NCBI GenBank assembly: GCA_951406725.2
Contig: OX597821.1
Coordinates: 99,448,001-99,512,000, forward strand
Direction of reading: 5' to 3'
Origin: Octopus vulgaris
Taxonomy: Eukaryota
DNA length: 64,000 nucleotides
The position numbers were made by a program, and so were the translations under genes. The notes under the pieces were generated by a model, which had not been told where the DNA came from, did no database searches, and saw nothing but the letters and a program-made list of their open reading frames with translations. Below, one piece after another: positions 1 through 11,136 of this stretch. Each line of letters begins with the position of its first letter. Positions within the stretch are counted from its first letter, which is position 1.

Positions 1-1007
1 TATCTACATATATGTACATATACATATCTGGTTGTAGAAAATGTCTCAATGAATTCTGCTTGGCCCACGGAAAAATGGAAGTTAAAATGATGATGTGTGT
101 ATATATATATATATATATTATACACATGCAAATATGTATACCCACATATACACATATTTAAGTGTGTATATCTATCTCTATATAACACATTTTCCCCAAC
201 TCTTTATTTTTCTTTCTATATGCAGATACCTATATTTGATAAGGGAAATTTTACCCGAAATATTTAGGGAGCATTTAACAATCTATGTAAGGCAATAAAA
301 TATCTTTTCTTTTTACTTTCTCTCATTGACATTACCTTACATATTCTGCCGAACTTCTCATCACCATTGCTCAAACCCTTTTTTAAAACAATATGCAATG
401 CTTCAAATAAATTACAATGCTCTTTTGTATATATGAGGAAATGTGGCCAATAACAGGCACCCATGCCAGTGGCATGTAAAAAGCACCATTCAAGGGTTGG
501 GCCTCATAGAGGCAATGTGGCTGATGCTGGTGCCACATAACTGATACTTAAAAGCACCTATTACACTCTTGGTGTGGTTGGTGTTAGGAAGAGCATCCAG
601 CAACCATAGGAACCATGCCAAATCAGACTGGAGTCTGGTGCAGTCCTGGTCAAACCATCCACCCCATACCAGCATGGACAACGGACGTTAAATGATGATA
701 ATATATGGCTGTCAACTCATTAACTGAGTCTGACTTTTTCTAACACTAACACTGACATATACACAATTGCCAAACTAGTTAAAATTAACACACCCAACCA
801 TACATGAAAGGACATTAAGGTAATATGATTTAAAACAAAATTACAAAAAAAAAACCCATAAAAGGACAATGAGACATAAGGATGAAGATAATACAAATTA
901 ATAATGTTAGAACCATGCATAATTGGAATTTTATGCAACTTGCACTGCATTGCAAAAACTCACAAGTAGTGCTAAGTGGCACAAAGACAAGCTGGAGTCA
1001 GTGATGT

Positions 1008-1038
<31 letters not shown>

Positions 1039-1963
1039 GCAATGATGAAAGGCTGAGACCTCTGAGATATGCTGTGACTGTGAAGACCAGACAAATGAAG
1101 TGAGTTCATGGTTCACAGGATGGCCTGCTGTGCTTACCTTGGATCGCAGGGTGACCAGCTGTGCTTGAGGAGACCTACTAAGTCAAGTACATCAACAACA
1201 AAATAAAAATCAAATAGAAACTGTAGTTGGGATACTCGTGTTGGTGGTATGTAAAAAGCACCATCCGAACGTGGCCGATGCCAGCGCCGCCTTGACTGGC
1301 ATCCGTGCTAGTGGCACACAAAACGCACCAACCAATTGTGGACATTGCCAACTTCTTCTGGCCCATGTGCCGGTGGCATGTAAAAAGCACCCGCTACACT
1401 CACGGAATGGTTGGCGTTAGGAAGGGCATCCAGCCGTAGAAACACTGCCAGATCGGACTGGAGCACACTTCCCAGAACCTGGCTGAACTGTACAACCCAT
1501 GCTAGCAGGGTAGGTGGACGTTAAATGATGATGATGGAGAACAGACGTTAAACGATGATGATGATGATGTATCGTTTGTAGAAATACATAAACTTGGAGG
1601 AGAAGCACACTCTAAGATGTACAGCAGTTAATATTATAGTGGGGGTAGGCTAGTTCATGGGGTTATCCTGGGTTTCTTGCTCATAGCCTTAAGGCTAAAC
1701 CCATTATGAGTGAGAAACCCAGGGTAACCCTATAACCTGCCTACCCCACAATAATACGTGTGTTCGCGCACGCGTGTGTATTCTTGTTTGAAGCCAAATG
1801 AAGTTATAGTGTGATACTCAAGCACTCAACTATGAGAACAGTCTCTCATAGCAGAAACAACTGCAAGCTATTGAAGTTCATAACATAATTATTTATTCCT
1901 TCGTCATCTCAAACATCTTATTAGTGCTCTGTATTTGACTGACGATCCATTCCGAAGCATATA

Positions 1964-2330
1964 CTCTTTTACTTGTTTCAGTCATTTGACTGCGGCCATG
2001 CTGGAGCACCGCCTTTAGTCGAGCAAATCGACCCCGGGACTTATTGCTTGTAAGCCCAGTACTTATTCTATCGGTCCCTTTTGCCGAACCGCTAATTGAT
2101 GTAAACACACCAGCATCTGTTGTCAAGCAATGCTAGGGGGACAAACACAGACACACAAACATATATACGACAGGCTTCTTTCAGTTTCCGTCTACCAAAT
2201 CCACTCACAAGGCATTGGTCGGCCCGGGGCTATATAGCAGAAGACACTTGCCCAAGATGCCACGCAGTAGGACTGAACCCGGAACTATGTGGTTGGTTAG
2301 CAAGCTACTTACCACACAGCCACTCCTGCA
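1964..2330 (-). mobile_element. tRNA-derived SINE family B (CORE-like ACCTTGGGCAAGT segment)
   Basis: Near-identical copies or fragments at ~22278-22432, 27695-28095, 29047-29415, 34870-35230, 35612-35857, 44870-45235, 46428-46840, 48425-49112, 54117-54490, 58255-58575; head has A/B-box-like motifs; internal TA/CA microsatellite. Confidence 0.85.
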
Positions 2331-4568
2331 CCTATGTATATTGAGTTCTGACATCAGGTAATTGGCACTGCAATGCCTAAACGAAATATTGACTGGTGGT
2401 CTTGGACAAGTGTCTTCTATAGCCCCAGGTCAACTAACCCCTTGTGAGTGGATTTGGTAGACAGAAACTGAAAGAAGCTCGTTGCGTAACATGGAAAATA
2501 TTACTTCAAAGGTTCTCTATCATTTTTCATCAATGGACCCTTTTGATTACTATTTCATTCTGGTGCCACTCCCCATAGCCATTCGATATTCAAAAATTAG
2601 TTTTAGAGTTACTTCTTTCAAAATTCCTATTCTGTTTTTCACACATTAACTTGTGTCCGTTGGACTGTGTAAAATGTTAGCAGAAAAGGAGCTGTTTCTT
2701 GCAGTAGATACCAATACATACACATTTAAAGCAGATTTTTTTTTCAGGAGTCCTTAAATTATTATTGTGGATCCCCAATTTACTATTTGGTTGCAGGGAC
2801 CCCCAGAACCGAAACTTTGGAAAGACTTCCGCCCGTCCCCACCATTTCCTCCCAAATTTGTTTATTTTTGTAATTTTTTTTCTTTGCTAAATATCCTCGT
2901 TTTCGGATACGGAGGTTCCGGAAAATTGCCAAAAACCGGCATTGTGAAACTTCCGCCCCCTCCCCCAACTTCTTCAATTCTGACTTTTCCCCTCAACACT
3001 AACCCTAAAACCGTAAGTACAGAAATGTTTTGAAATTTTTGTCCGAATCATGATGTCCATATTTTTCGGCATATTTAGAAAAAAAAAAAATGTGAAAAAA
3101 GTTAAAAATGAAGGAAATGGGGGTGGGTGGGGGGTAATTTAGAAATGTCAATTTTTGCCAATTTTTTTTGCAGATTTGTATTTTCCGTAGCCGAGTTGGC
3201 GGTTGTGTCGAAAAAAATTTTTTTAAGGGTGTTTTTTTTTTGGGGGGGGGGGGGGGCGCAAATCTTGCCGAAACTTTTTTTAAAATTAAAATAACTCGTA
3301 TAAAAGAAATCCTCACACAAATGTATACGAATACGATCGTTGCATGCAGAATGTATATTACGAGATCCGGAGCCCCGTGAATATCTTAAGGGGTCCTCCT
3401 CAAAGAAACCCTCTTGATCCCAACACATGAATATAATTTTGCCCCAGCTGGCAAAAATTCTCTCGAAGGCCCTAGTTATACTGTTTTGGGAGTCACAAGT
3501 TTATATGTATACCCTACCCCCAGCACAATGCCAGATTTAGGCATAAGCTATACAAGTTAAGGGCTCACTATCCAGAATGGATTCAAAATAATTAAAAGAG
3601 TAACACATACGCGACCTAGTGTCATTCTTAGAGATTTTCCAAGGTTTGCAATACTTTAGCATCTCACCAATTCTAAATCCGGCACAGCATATATCTATAT
3701 ATACATTGTTTACACTATATATTTGTTACGACATTTGATACGATGTTATTTGTACACTTAAAATAACAGCTGACAGGACTAAGAGCTATCATAGAAATAG
3801 ATTACTGTTGGTTGTCTAATTTCCAAACCAAACCATTTTGAGTAAATTTATGATCAAATCCATTTTCACCATGGTCATCAGGCCTAATGTGCAATTTGAA
3901 GATTTAGCTGCTACTTTTAGTTGGTCGAGCGACTACATAACAAGCGATTTCTCTTTCTCACAATGGTTTTGCCCGAACATGATCTATGTCAGCAAATAAA
4001 AATTCAGTTTCATTATTAATAGCCACAAACATTTGTCGCACGGACAATAAAATTAAACAGTTAAAGGAATACAAAATATATTATTATATAAAAATCCCTT
4101 CAGAAAATCTATGAAACAAGAAATTTGAATTGAAGAGATAAAATCGTAAAGGTGATGATGGCTAAGACATTGATGAAGTATATATATAGTTTATTGGGAA
4201 AAAAAAATCATTTGGTGTATAAACATACATTTCGATTATTGCTTTGTAAAATCGAAGATCAATAGTTTTTAATTTTTGCTTATATTTTTGTTTACTAAGA
4301 TAATTTTTTTTTTTTGGTTATTCATTTCGACGAAGTGAATCTATATACAGACAAACATATATAAATAGACACAGACAAATAGAACATAAATAGACATAAA
4401 TATACACAGATACTATAAAGGTTATTTGGAGAGAATGTAATGAAATTCTTCAGAAGAGCAGCTGAAGAAAAACATGTTTTGACGAAACAAATGATGTTAA
4501 AAGTAAAATCGGTAAAATCATGCAGAATGTGTAAATGTGTGTGTATGTGTAAGAGAATTTTAACTGAC

Positions 4569-4953
4569 CAGTATGAGTTCTGAGATGAGCTTGGAGAGAC
4601 TTCTCCCTGGGAAACACTCGCCAACATAGCTGACATCGTATGTCACTGTGAGAGGAGTAACCTTCCAAAATAAGAGACGAAATACTGTCTGCTCGAGGTC
4701 GACCTCGACGGACCGAATTCTCACCATCTTCGTTTTCACCATCCACTACGCCCTTCCTTTCGCATTTCGAATAATCGGTCTGTCCCAGAGAAGCTGTATC
4801 CAAGTTGAACTGAATGCGTGCGACAGACACATCATCATCACCGTCTCTGGACCACTTCCAAGGCACCATAAACACATCGTCGGTTGCAAAGTGGCCATTC
4901 ATCAGTTGAGGAATTGCAAGTCCTAGTTGAGAAGTTGCTGACTGAAATTGCAT
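4569..4953 (-). CDS. ZNF367: ZNF367-like C2H2 zinc-finger protein, first coding exon (rest of gene outside window)
   Basis: ATG at 4953 opens MQFQSATS...RRGRPRADSISSLILEG...IRCQLCWRVFPREKSLQAHLRTHTG, matching the ZNF367 signature RRGRPRAD...C-x2-C-RVFPREKSLQAH-x-RTHTG. Phase-1 donor G|GTCAGT at 4568. No ERPY... exon was found in 1-4560. Confidence 0.88.
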
Positions 4954-5039
4954 TTTCCCCCGGAAAAAATGGGAATACAACAATACAATTCCAGCCGGAG
5001 GGCAGGTAGTTGCCACTGCAAAGCATGCCTGAACGTGTT

Positions 5040-5370
5040 TATGTTAAAAACCGGCCATACAACCTCCCCCTCCTTCCCATAGCAACCAGCTAAGTGCAAT
5101 TTCCCGCGATGTAAGGACGATGGGTAAAATTGGTAATATTGAAATTTGCATTTTAAAGGATAAATTTTTAAGTTTACTCCCTAAAAATCTAAACATTTCA
5201 ATCAATATATAAGTAAAGTTAGAACATTAAAAAATATATATATTAAATATATTGGTCTGGAAATAAGTAATTGACGCCCTTCCCGCCAGCTTTACCATAT
5301 ATGGGTAGTGACGTCAGATGTGCCCGAGATGCATTGCTTGTATCTAAACTAACACGCCATATTGGAGAGC
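5040..5370. promoter_or_regulatory. Bidirectional promoter between ZNF367-like and SERBP1-like
   Basis: Lies between divergent ATGs 480 bp apart. Motifs: RFX-like CCATAGCAAC ~5077-5086, E2F TTTCCCGCG 5100-5108 and TTCCCGCC 5280-5287, octamer ATTTGCAT 5144-5151, CArG CCATATATGG 5295-5304, CRE TGACGTCA 5309-5316, YY1-like CGCCATATT 5355-5363. Confidence 0.7.
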
Positions 5371-5433
5371 TAAGAGCAGGAGGGCAGCCGTCAGGTGTGG
5401 AATCCATTGGCATCCTCTTCAATCAGAGGAACG

Positions 5434-5674
5434 ATGGAGAGCCAGTACGGCATAGTTGTTTCCAACAAGTATTCGCTTTTCTACGATGATGCTGATCCAC
5501 TGGATATGCTTCATCAGCAGGAAGCTAAAGTGAAAAAGAAAGACACAGTTAAAAAGGAAGTGGATAAGTCCAAAGCTAATAAAGCTAATATTAAATCCAC
5601 CAAAAAGCCAGTTGCACCCAGTCCGCAGGAATCCAAATCAAAGGCACCAGAACAGAGTTCACAGCGGAGAGATG
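5434..5674 (+). CDS. SERBP1: SERBP1/HABP4-like mRNA-binding protein exon 1 of 7
   Basis: MESQYGIVVSNKYSLFYDDADPLDMLHQQE (family N-terminal motif); donor G|GTAAAT, phase 1. Confidence 0.9.
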
Positions 5675-7402
5675 GTAAATAGAAATATTTTAATATGCTT
5701 CAATTTCGATGATTTATTGTATTCGATCCTAGACGAGGTTCAAAGCGTTATTTTCTAACCTTCCGTGGAAGCTTCCACATGGTACGATTTATATTCTTCT
5801 ATGCTTCATTTACCTGCAGCTTCAATCTAAGCAACGTATTGTAAATTCTCATTTCTAAAATCTTGCTATTTTGCACTTGCTTAGTAAATGTTGGAAAAAA
5901 TGTCAGGTCGAACGAAAAGGAAAAAAATTCATTAAGAGAACACACGAGGTGACTAAACTGCATTGTGCATAAATAGAATGGCCATGTCTGTCTAGTGTCT
6001 CGTTGGTTGGTTGTACAGTGATGATTAGGTGAAGGTCACCTATCTAGGCATTTGCTATTTAAGTATTAAGCACGACTGGCCGCCACTAGTTATGTATTAA
6101 GCTTGATATCAAGTGCTTTTTTTTTTCCACCAGATCGTCGAAATAAAAATTTCTTGTCTGCGATAACATGGCGAGTTTGATAAGACATTCCCGCCGCCAT
6201 CGCATCTCACTCACTACCGATTGGCGTTTATATATATATATGTGTATACGAATGTGTGAGTGTGTATATAGAGATATGGAAATATATATATTTATCAATC
6301 GTATGTTTATATATTTAAGAGCTGAAGATGGATTTTTAATATTTTCCGAATCTGTTATCGAAAAAAAAAAAAATTCAATCAGTTTCATGGGAAATTGGGG
6401 GATTTCAAGTGTCGCAGATGTGCATGTATGTATATTATATACACGCGCACACACGTGAAAGCAATAGATCTATATTATCTACTGATGCTGCATCAAAAAT
6501 TAAAGCACTATTGGGGTTTTTTTTTCTTCCTTTTTACTGAGTGATAGCTTCATTGTATTCATATAATTCGTCGTTGTTACTTTTTAATATTTGTAATTAA
6601 TTACATGGGGGAAAAAAATCCCCATGGGTGAGTGTAGAGTACATAAAGGAGAGGTGAAAAAAAAAAATTTTTAATGAGTGTACGAAATGATTGAATTGTT
6701 TCACCTGATGTTTTGCGCCCCTCTCTCATTCATGTTGTGTGCACGTGCAGATCTTTGCCTGTCCTGCCAGTGTCGACCGTCTTAAATACATGTATATATT
6801 TGTGTGTGTATATGTATTTCTATTTCATGTATGTATGCGCGAGTGTGTGTGTATAAATGTGTGCGTGCGTGTGTGTATGCTGGTCCATGTGCTTTTTTCA
6901 ACAATCTTAGCCGCCATCTTTCTAGCATGCTGGACGCCATCTTGACTACTTTGCCCCGCCACTCGCCTTCTGCTGCTCCAGCTTACTCGCTTTGCTATTC
7001 ATTATTATTTTTTCCCTCCCTTGTAAAAATTAATTTTTTTAATTGCAAACTAAAACACATTAAACGAAACTGTTATTAATTAATTTAACAACGGAGTGTT
7101 GCTGTTGTAGGAAGATTTATTTTGTAATGTGATATTTCCCCCTCATTACCATATAAGACTATGCTACAATGTAAGTCGGACGAACTCGGGCTACTCTGAA
7201 TGTCTACCGATTCGACAAATAAAGACGTATTTGTTTATTTCAAGTGTTGACCTGTAGTTTAGCATTTCTCGCTTTGTTATTTTCATCTTCGCACTTAAAT
7301 TCTTTTTTTTTTCCTTTGTAATGTGTGTGTGAGAGTAGTTTTCTTTTCTACTACGTTTCTGAAACTGTTCCATTTTTCTCTACTTCCCCTCCCCTCATTT
7401 AG

Positions 7403-7571
7403 TGGTAGAAAGCAATAGGAGAGAAAGTGCCCCTCGCGGTCAGAACAGAGGACGAGGAAGAAGTTTCCGGCCGAATCGAGAGACTGAATCCAAAGATTCC
7501 AATGAATTTGGGGACAATGAAACAGAGCGCCGACCTCCTCGGCGAAGGGATGATTTCTCGTCTGATTATCG
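7403..7571 (+). CDS. SERBP1: SERBP1-like exon 2
   Basis: Pyrimidine tract plus TTTAG acceptor; VVESNRRESAPRGQNRGRGRSF...ERRPPRRRDDFSSDY; donor CG|GTAAGT; frame continuous with exons 1 and 3. Confidence 0.88.
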
Positions 7572-7740
7572 GTAAGTACCAGAGATCGCTTATGAGTTTT
7601 AAGAAAAAAAAAAAAAAGAATAAACGAAATGACAACTCCAATAATCTATCTATCCCTTAGGCTTTCTTACAATGTAGATGCAAGCTGTACTTTCATTTTG
7701 TTTTATTATTATCGTGTTTTGTTCTTCGATCTTACTGCAG

Positions 7741-8016
7741 GGAGAGGTCAGACGGTTTTAACCGATCTAGTGGACGTTCGGACGGTTTCGGCCGCCCTGA
7801 AGGTGGATCTGGCAAGTCGGAAGGTTTCAGCGGTGGTCGCTCTGAAGGTTTCGGTTTCAATCGCAACTCGGAAGAGGGCAGTTTTGGACGATCGGATGGC
7901 TTTCGGGGCAGAGGACGGCGTGGTGGCCGAGGCGGTGGCCGGGGAGGTCGTGGAGTTAGTTTCAGTGATCGTGGCGGAAAAAGGGAATTTGAACGACACA
8001 GTGGCAGTGATAAAAC
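7741..8016 (+). CDS. SERBP1: SERBP1-like exon 3 (RSDGF repeats, RGG box)
   Basis: CTGCAG acceptor; ends GRGRRGGRGGGRGGRG...GKREFERHSGSDK, the SERBP1 hallmark; donor AC|GTAAGT. Confidence 0.93.
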
Positions 8017-8372
8017 GTAAGTATCTTATTACTGTTGTTACATAACATTCTTTTACGTTGTTCATCGGTTCCAATTGTTCAAAGAAATTAATGAATTGGG
8101 TTACGTTAGTTATCGTTGGGTGATGAATGACATTGTTCATTGTATAATTTAAAACGGATTGCTAGTTTCTTTGTTTGGCTTTCAAAATCTTTTTTACTAC
8201 TGGTTTTTGCCTTTCGTTCTTATGAGGTTGATATTAATACCATAATGGTACAAAATGATGATACACTTACTAGTGATGGTTGCTCACGATGGCCCTACTT
8301 AATTGTTTTATCATGTATTTGATTTTATTGCTTTTTGCTGATGTCTAATCAGATATATTTTTTACACTGCAG

Positions 8373-8444
8373 TGGAGTAAAGGCAGTTGAGAAAAAGGAA
8401 GGTGGTGGCTCCCACAATTGGGGAACAATGAAAGATGATATGGA
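8373..8444 (+). CDS. SERBP1: SERBP1-like exon 4
   Basis: GVKAVEKKEGGGSHNWGTMKDDM (HABP4/PAI-RBP1 GSHNWG motif); CAG acceptor and GTGAGT donor. Confidence 0.93.
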
Positions 8445-8555
8445 GTGAGTATAGATTGCGATATGTTAACTAATTGGTTATGATGTATTTAATGTTTTGT
8501 ATCAAATTATGTCCTGGTCGATAGAAACCTAATTATTTAGTTCGACCAATTCTAG

Positions 8556-8627
8556 GGAGCAGCTCAAAGAGACTGAGACTCAGGAGTGGAGTGCCCAAGC
8601 AGAGGATGCCGAAAACCAGGATCCTAA
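8556..8627 (+). CDS. SERBP1: SERBP1-like exon 5
   Basis: EQLKETETQEWSAQAEDAENQDP; TAG acceptor, GTAAGT donor; phase 2-2 keeps frame. Confidence 0.85.
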
Positions 8628-8752
8628 GTAAGTAAAATTAAAATTGTCTTCAACTATTTTTCTATAGCTAATATATATATATATATGTGTGTGTGTGTGT
8701 ATATAGTGGACAGGAGCTATAATAGTTCTTTTTCATTTTAATCTGTTTCCAG

Positions 8753-8984
8753 TGAGACCACTGCAGAGACCACGGAGGCCAATCCTGAAGTGCCTGACGA
8801 AGAGCAAATCGTCAAGCAAATGACCCTGGATGAATGGAAGGCCCTGGAGAAGAAAAACCGTGTAAAAACTGAGTTCAACATCCGCAAGCCCAATGAAGGG
8901 GTTGATGAGTCTCAGTGGAAGAAGACCTACGTTCTGAAAAAGAAAGAATCTGATGATGAGGATGAGGACGAGGATGAAGATGAA
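8753..8984 (+). CDS. SERBP1: SERBP1-like exon 6
   Basis: Contains [10 protein letters not shown] and [10 protein letters not shown] family motifs; CAG acceptor, GTGAGT donor. Confidence 0.93.
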
Positions 8985-9278
8985 GTGAGTTTTTGTTTGT
9001 TTTGCTTTGTTACTTAAATTCAACGACTATATCTCTTCTAGTAATTCTGACTTGATATATGCCCTTCATTACTGTTTCATCGTTTAATGTCTGCCTTTCA
9101 TGCTGGGGTCGGTAGGACTATATAGCTACTATATTTTTCGTTGAATCATTTTGTTGGATTGTTATCTCAGATGTGAGATTGCAGCCTGAAGCTCGTTAGT
9201 AGATTGTAAGAAGTAAACATTTTTTACGTGCATTTAAATATTGATTGTAATTGTTACTTTTCTTTTCTCTCCCATTAG

Positions 9279-9542
9279 GGTTATGAAGATGAACCTCGTC
9301 GTGGCAAGAACATCCTCCACAACATCAAGATCACATTTAATGATTCCCCACGTCGTGGACGTGGTGGTGGCAGACGTGGACGTGGAAGTGGTTCGGAAAG
9401 AGGCGGTGGAGAAAGAGGCACAGGTGGCCGTGGAGGTGGTCGTGCAATCAGCAGAGCAGAGAAGAAAGGTGGACCACGTGAATCTGCTCCATGCATGGAT
9501 GATGAGAATGACTTTCCTCGTCTTGTCCACACTGCAGCATGA
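9279..9542 (+). CDS. SERBP1: SERBP1-like exon 7 (second RGG box, stop)
   Basis: GYEDEPRRGKN...RGRGGGRRGRG...SAPCMDDENDFPRLVHTAA-TGA (family-type DFPxL terminus). Summed CDS is 1326 nt = 441 aa plus stop. Confidence 0.92.
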   Translation, partial: GYEDEPRRGKNILHNIKITFNDSPRRGRGGGRRGRGSGSERGGGERGTGGRGGGRAISRAEKKGGPRESAPCMDDENDFPRLVHTAA

Positions 9543-10296
9543 TTTTCATGGCTTTTTTCACTTTATTCATGGAAATGAAAATGCTATGTAAACATAAATC
9601 ATCTTGTTGGATTTGCCATGGAATACTGAACGTTTGTACTTCAAATATTGATAGAAACTGAGCGAAGGGTTTTTTTGGGGTACTGCATGGGGGGCAGCAG
9701 CATTGACTCTTAAGCTTCAAAATTGCCATCAACCCTGGTGGTCTTATTAATGATGGACTGCTTATTTTGTGAATATTTATTACTCCTTGAAAGGAAATTG
9801 CCCCATCCCATCCCCTGTTAATTGGTGGTTGTTGTTGTGACTGCTACAGTGTAATGGAAGCAATTTTCCATTCAGTGTGGAAGAGATAAAACTATTCTCA
9901 ATTTCCATCATTAAAGAGTAATGTGTGTGTTTTTTAAATTTTTTTTTAAAATTTCCATCATTCCCCTGTTGTTCTGGTTGACCTGCTGTTGGGAAGAGGG
10001 AGATGTTAATGGACCATTCATGCAGCCGCTGTGGGCATTTTCTGCCCTTTGCTCCTGGTGCTTACCTGGAGTTAAATCTATTTCCACAGCAGCAGCAGTA
10101 GCAGCATGTGATGTCAGATGTGTTCAAAAAAGCTGGACGTCACTTTCTTGGAGAATAAAAATTGACAATTTTAAAGTCTTGTATTTCTTGACAACTCTTT
10201 GTTGATTGTACCACTATTATCTCGCCCACCCTGTAGCAATGTCTGCTGCTGCAGCCTCCTCTCCTGGCAAGCACTTACTGACCTCTGCAGCTGTCA

Positions 10297-10364
10297 TGTA
10301 CAAACTCAAAAATTAAAGACAAACAACAGTGAGATGTTTTTTCTTTTTTTTTTTAATTTTTATT
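10297..10364. terminator. Convergent polyadenylation signals of SERBP1-like (plus) and SLC4A11-like (minus)
   Basis: Plus strand: TGTA 10297, ATTAAA 10312-10317, then a T-rich tract. Minus strand: AATAAA (plus TTTATT 10359-10364) followed by a GT-rich tract. A second plus-strand AATAAA lies at 10154-10159. Confidence 0.6.
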
Positions 10365-10396
10365 TTCAGTAATTTTCATTTGTTGCCCAGCAGGTA

Positions 10397-10451
10397 TTAG
10401 TCAAGTACAGCGAGATGTTTCTTCTCCACAACCTTGGGTACTAACATGTGT
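10397..10451 (-). CDS. SLC4A11: SLC4A11-like last coding exon (17 of 17 found)
   Basis: (R)HMLVPKVVEKKHLAVLD-TAA, compared with human RYILLPRIIEAKYLDVMD; CAG acceptor. Confidence 0.87.
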
Positions 10452-10598
10452 CTGTTGTAAGGAAAGAAAAGATATTTCACTTTAACATTTCATAGTGATT
10501 AGCTTAACTTAGTGGGGAAGATGCTTTTATTAGATTGCTTAGTGTTTATTTCTAAGTTATGTTTTTATTTTGTATTTTGAAAAGAGAAAAATTGTTAC

Positions 10599-10768
10599 CT
10601 GATAAAAACAAGAGAGACCATTACGATTGGGAAGAACATTTGTATGTAAGGAACTGGAACAAGACCAAAAATACATAAAAATAGAAGTTGAGCCATCTGG
10701 GAAAATGTATATTTGTGGATATCTCTCTGTGGCACTCGTCTGATGTAATGACTTGGTGGATAGGATGA
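10599..10768 (-). CDS. SLC4A11: SLC4A11-like exon 16
   Basis: SSYPPSHYIRRVPQRDIHKYT...YIQMFFP (YPPxHYIRRVPQR signature); canonical splice sites. Confidence 0.93.
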
Positions 10769-10859
10769 CTGAAAAAAAAAATTGGAAAAAAGACTAGTTA
10801 GAAACCCAACCCAAGGAAGGTATTTTAATTTGTTAATTATGTTTAAGTAAGTAACTTAC

Positions 10860-11055
10860 CTGTTCGGTTATTAGGAGTAGAAATCTGTCGATAAGTTGTC
10901 TGTCTGAAAGAAATATGATTGCCATATAGAGAAAATATCCACACAACACTGGTCTTGGGATATCTGCGAGTGGATGAGGCAGCAGCAAAAGGGATAGGCC
11001 AAGCATCATGTAGCAGATAAGGCTGGTTACACGGGTTTCTCTGACCTGTACAATG
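10860..11055 (-). CDS. SLC4A11: SLC4A11-like exon 15
   Basis: IVQVRETRVTS...GLSLLLLPHPLADIPRPVLCGYFLYMA...DRFLLLITEQ. Confidence 0.93.
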
Positions 11056-11136
11056 CTGAAAGAAGTAGTTAGTGTTAACGGATAATATTTACCAGTTTTT
11101 GAAATAGTGTTTTTAGGATTGAATTGCTTGACTTAC

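Noticed and set aside
4954-5016. N-terminal extension of ZNF367 in the ORF track
   Set aside because: It begins at a GTG; the first in-frame ATG is at 4953.
8255-8341. Box C/D snoRNA in SERBP1 intron 3 (ATGATGA...CTGA)
   Set aside because: Only a 3-bp terminal stem, the D box is about 30 nt from the acceptor and abuts the branch point, and the guide region is featureless and T-rich.
9540-9580. Selenocysteine or readthrough at the SERBP1 TGA
   Set aside because: The protein already ends at the family-typical DFPxL terminus, another TGA follows shortly, and I found no convincing SECIS or readthrough context.
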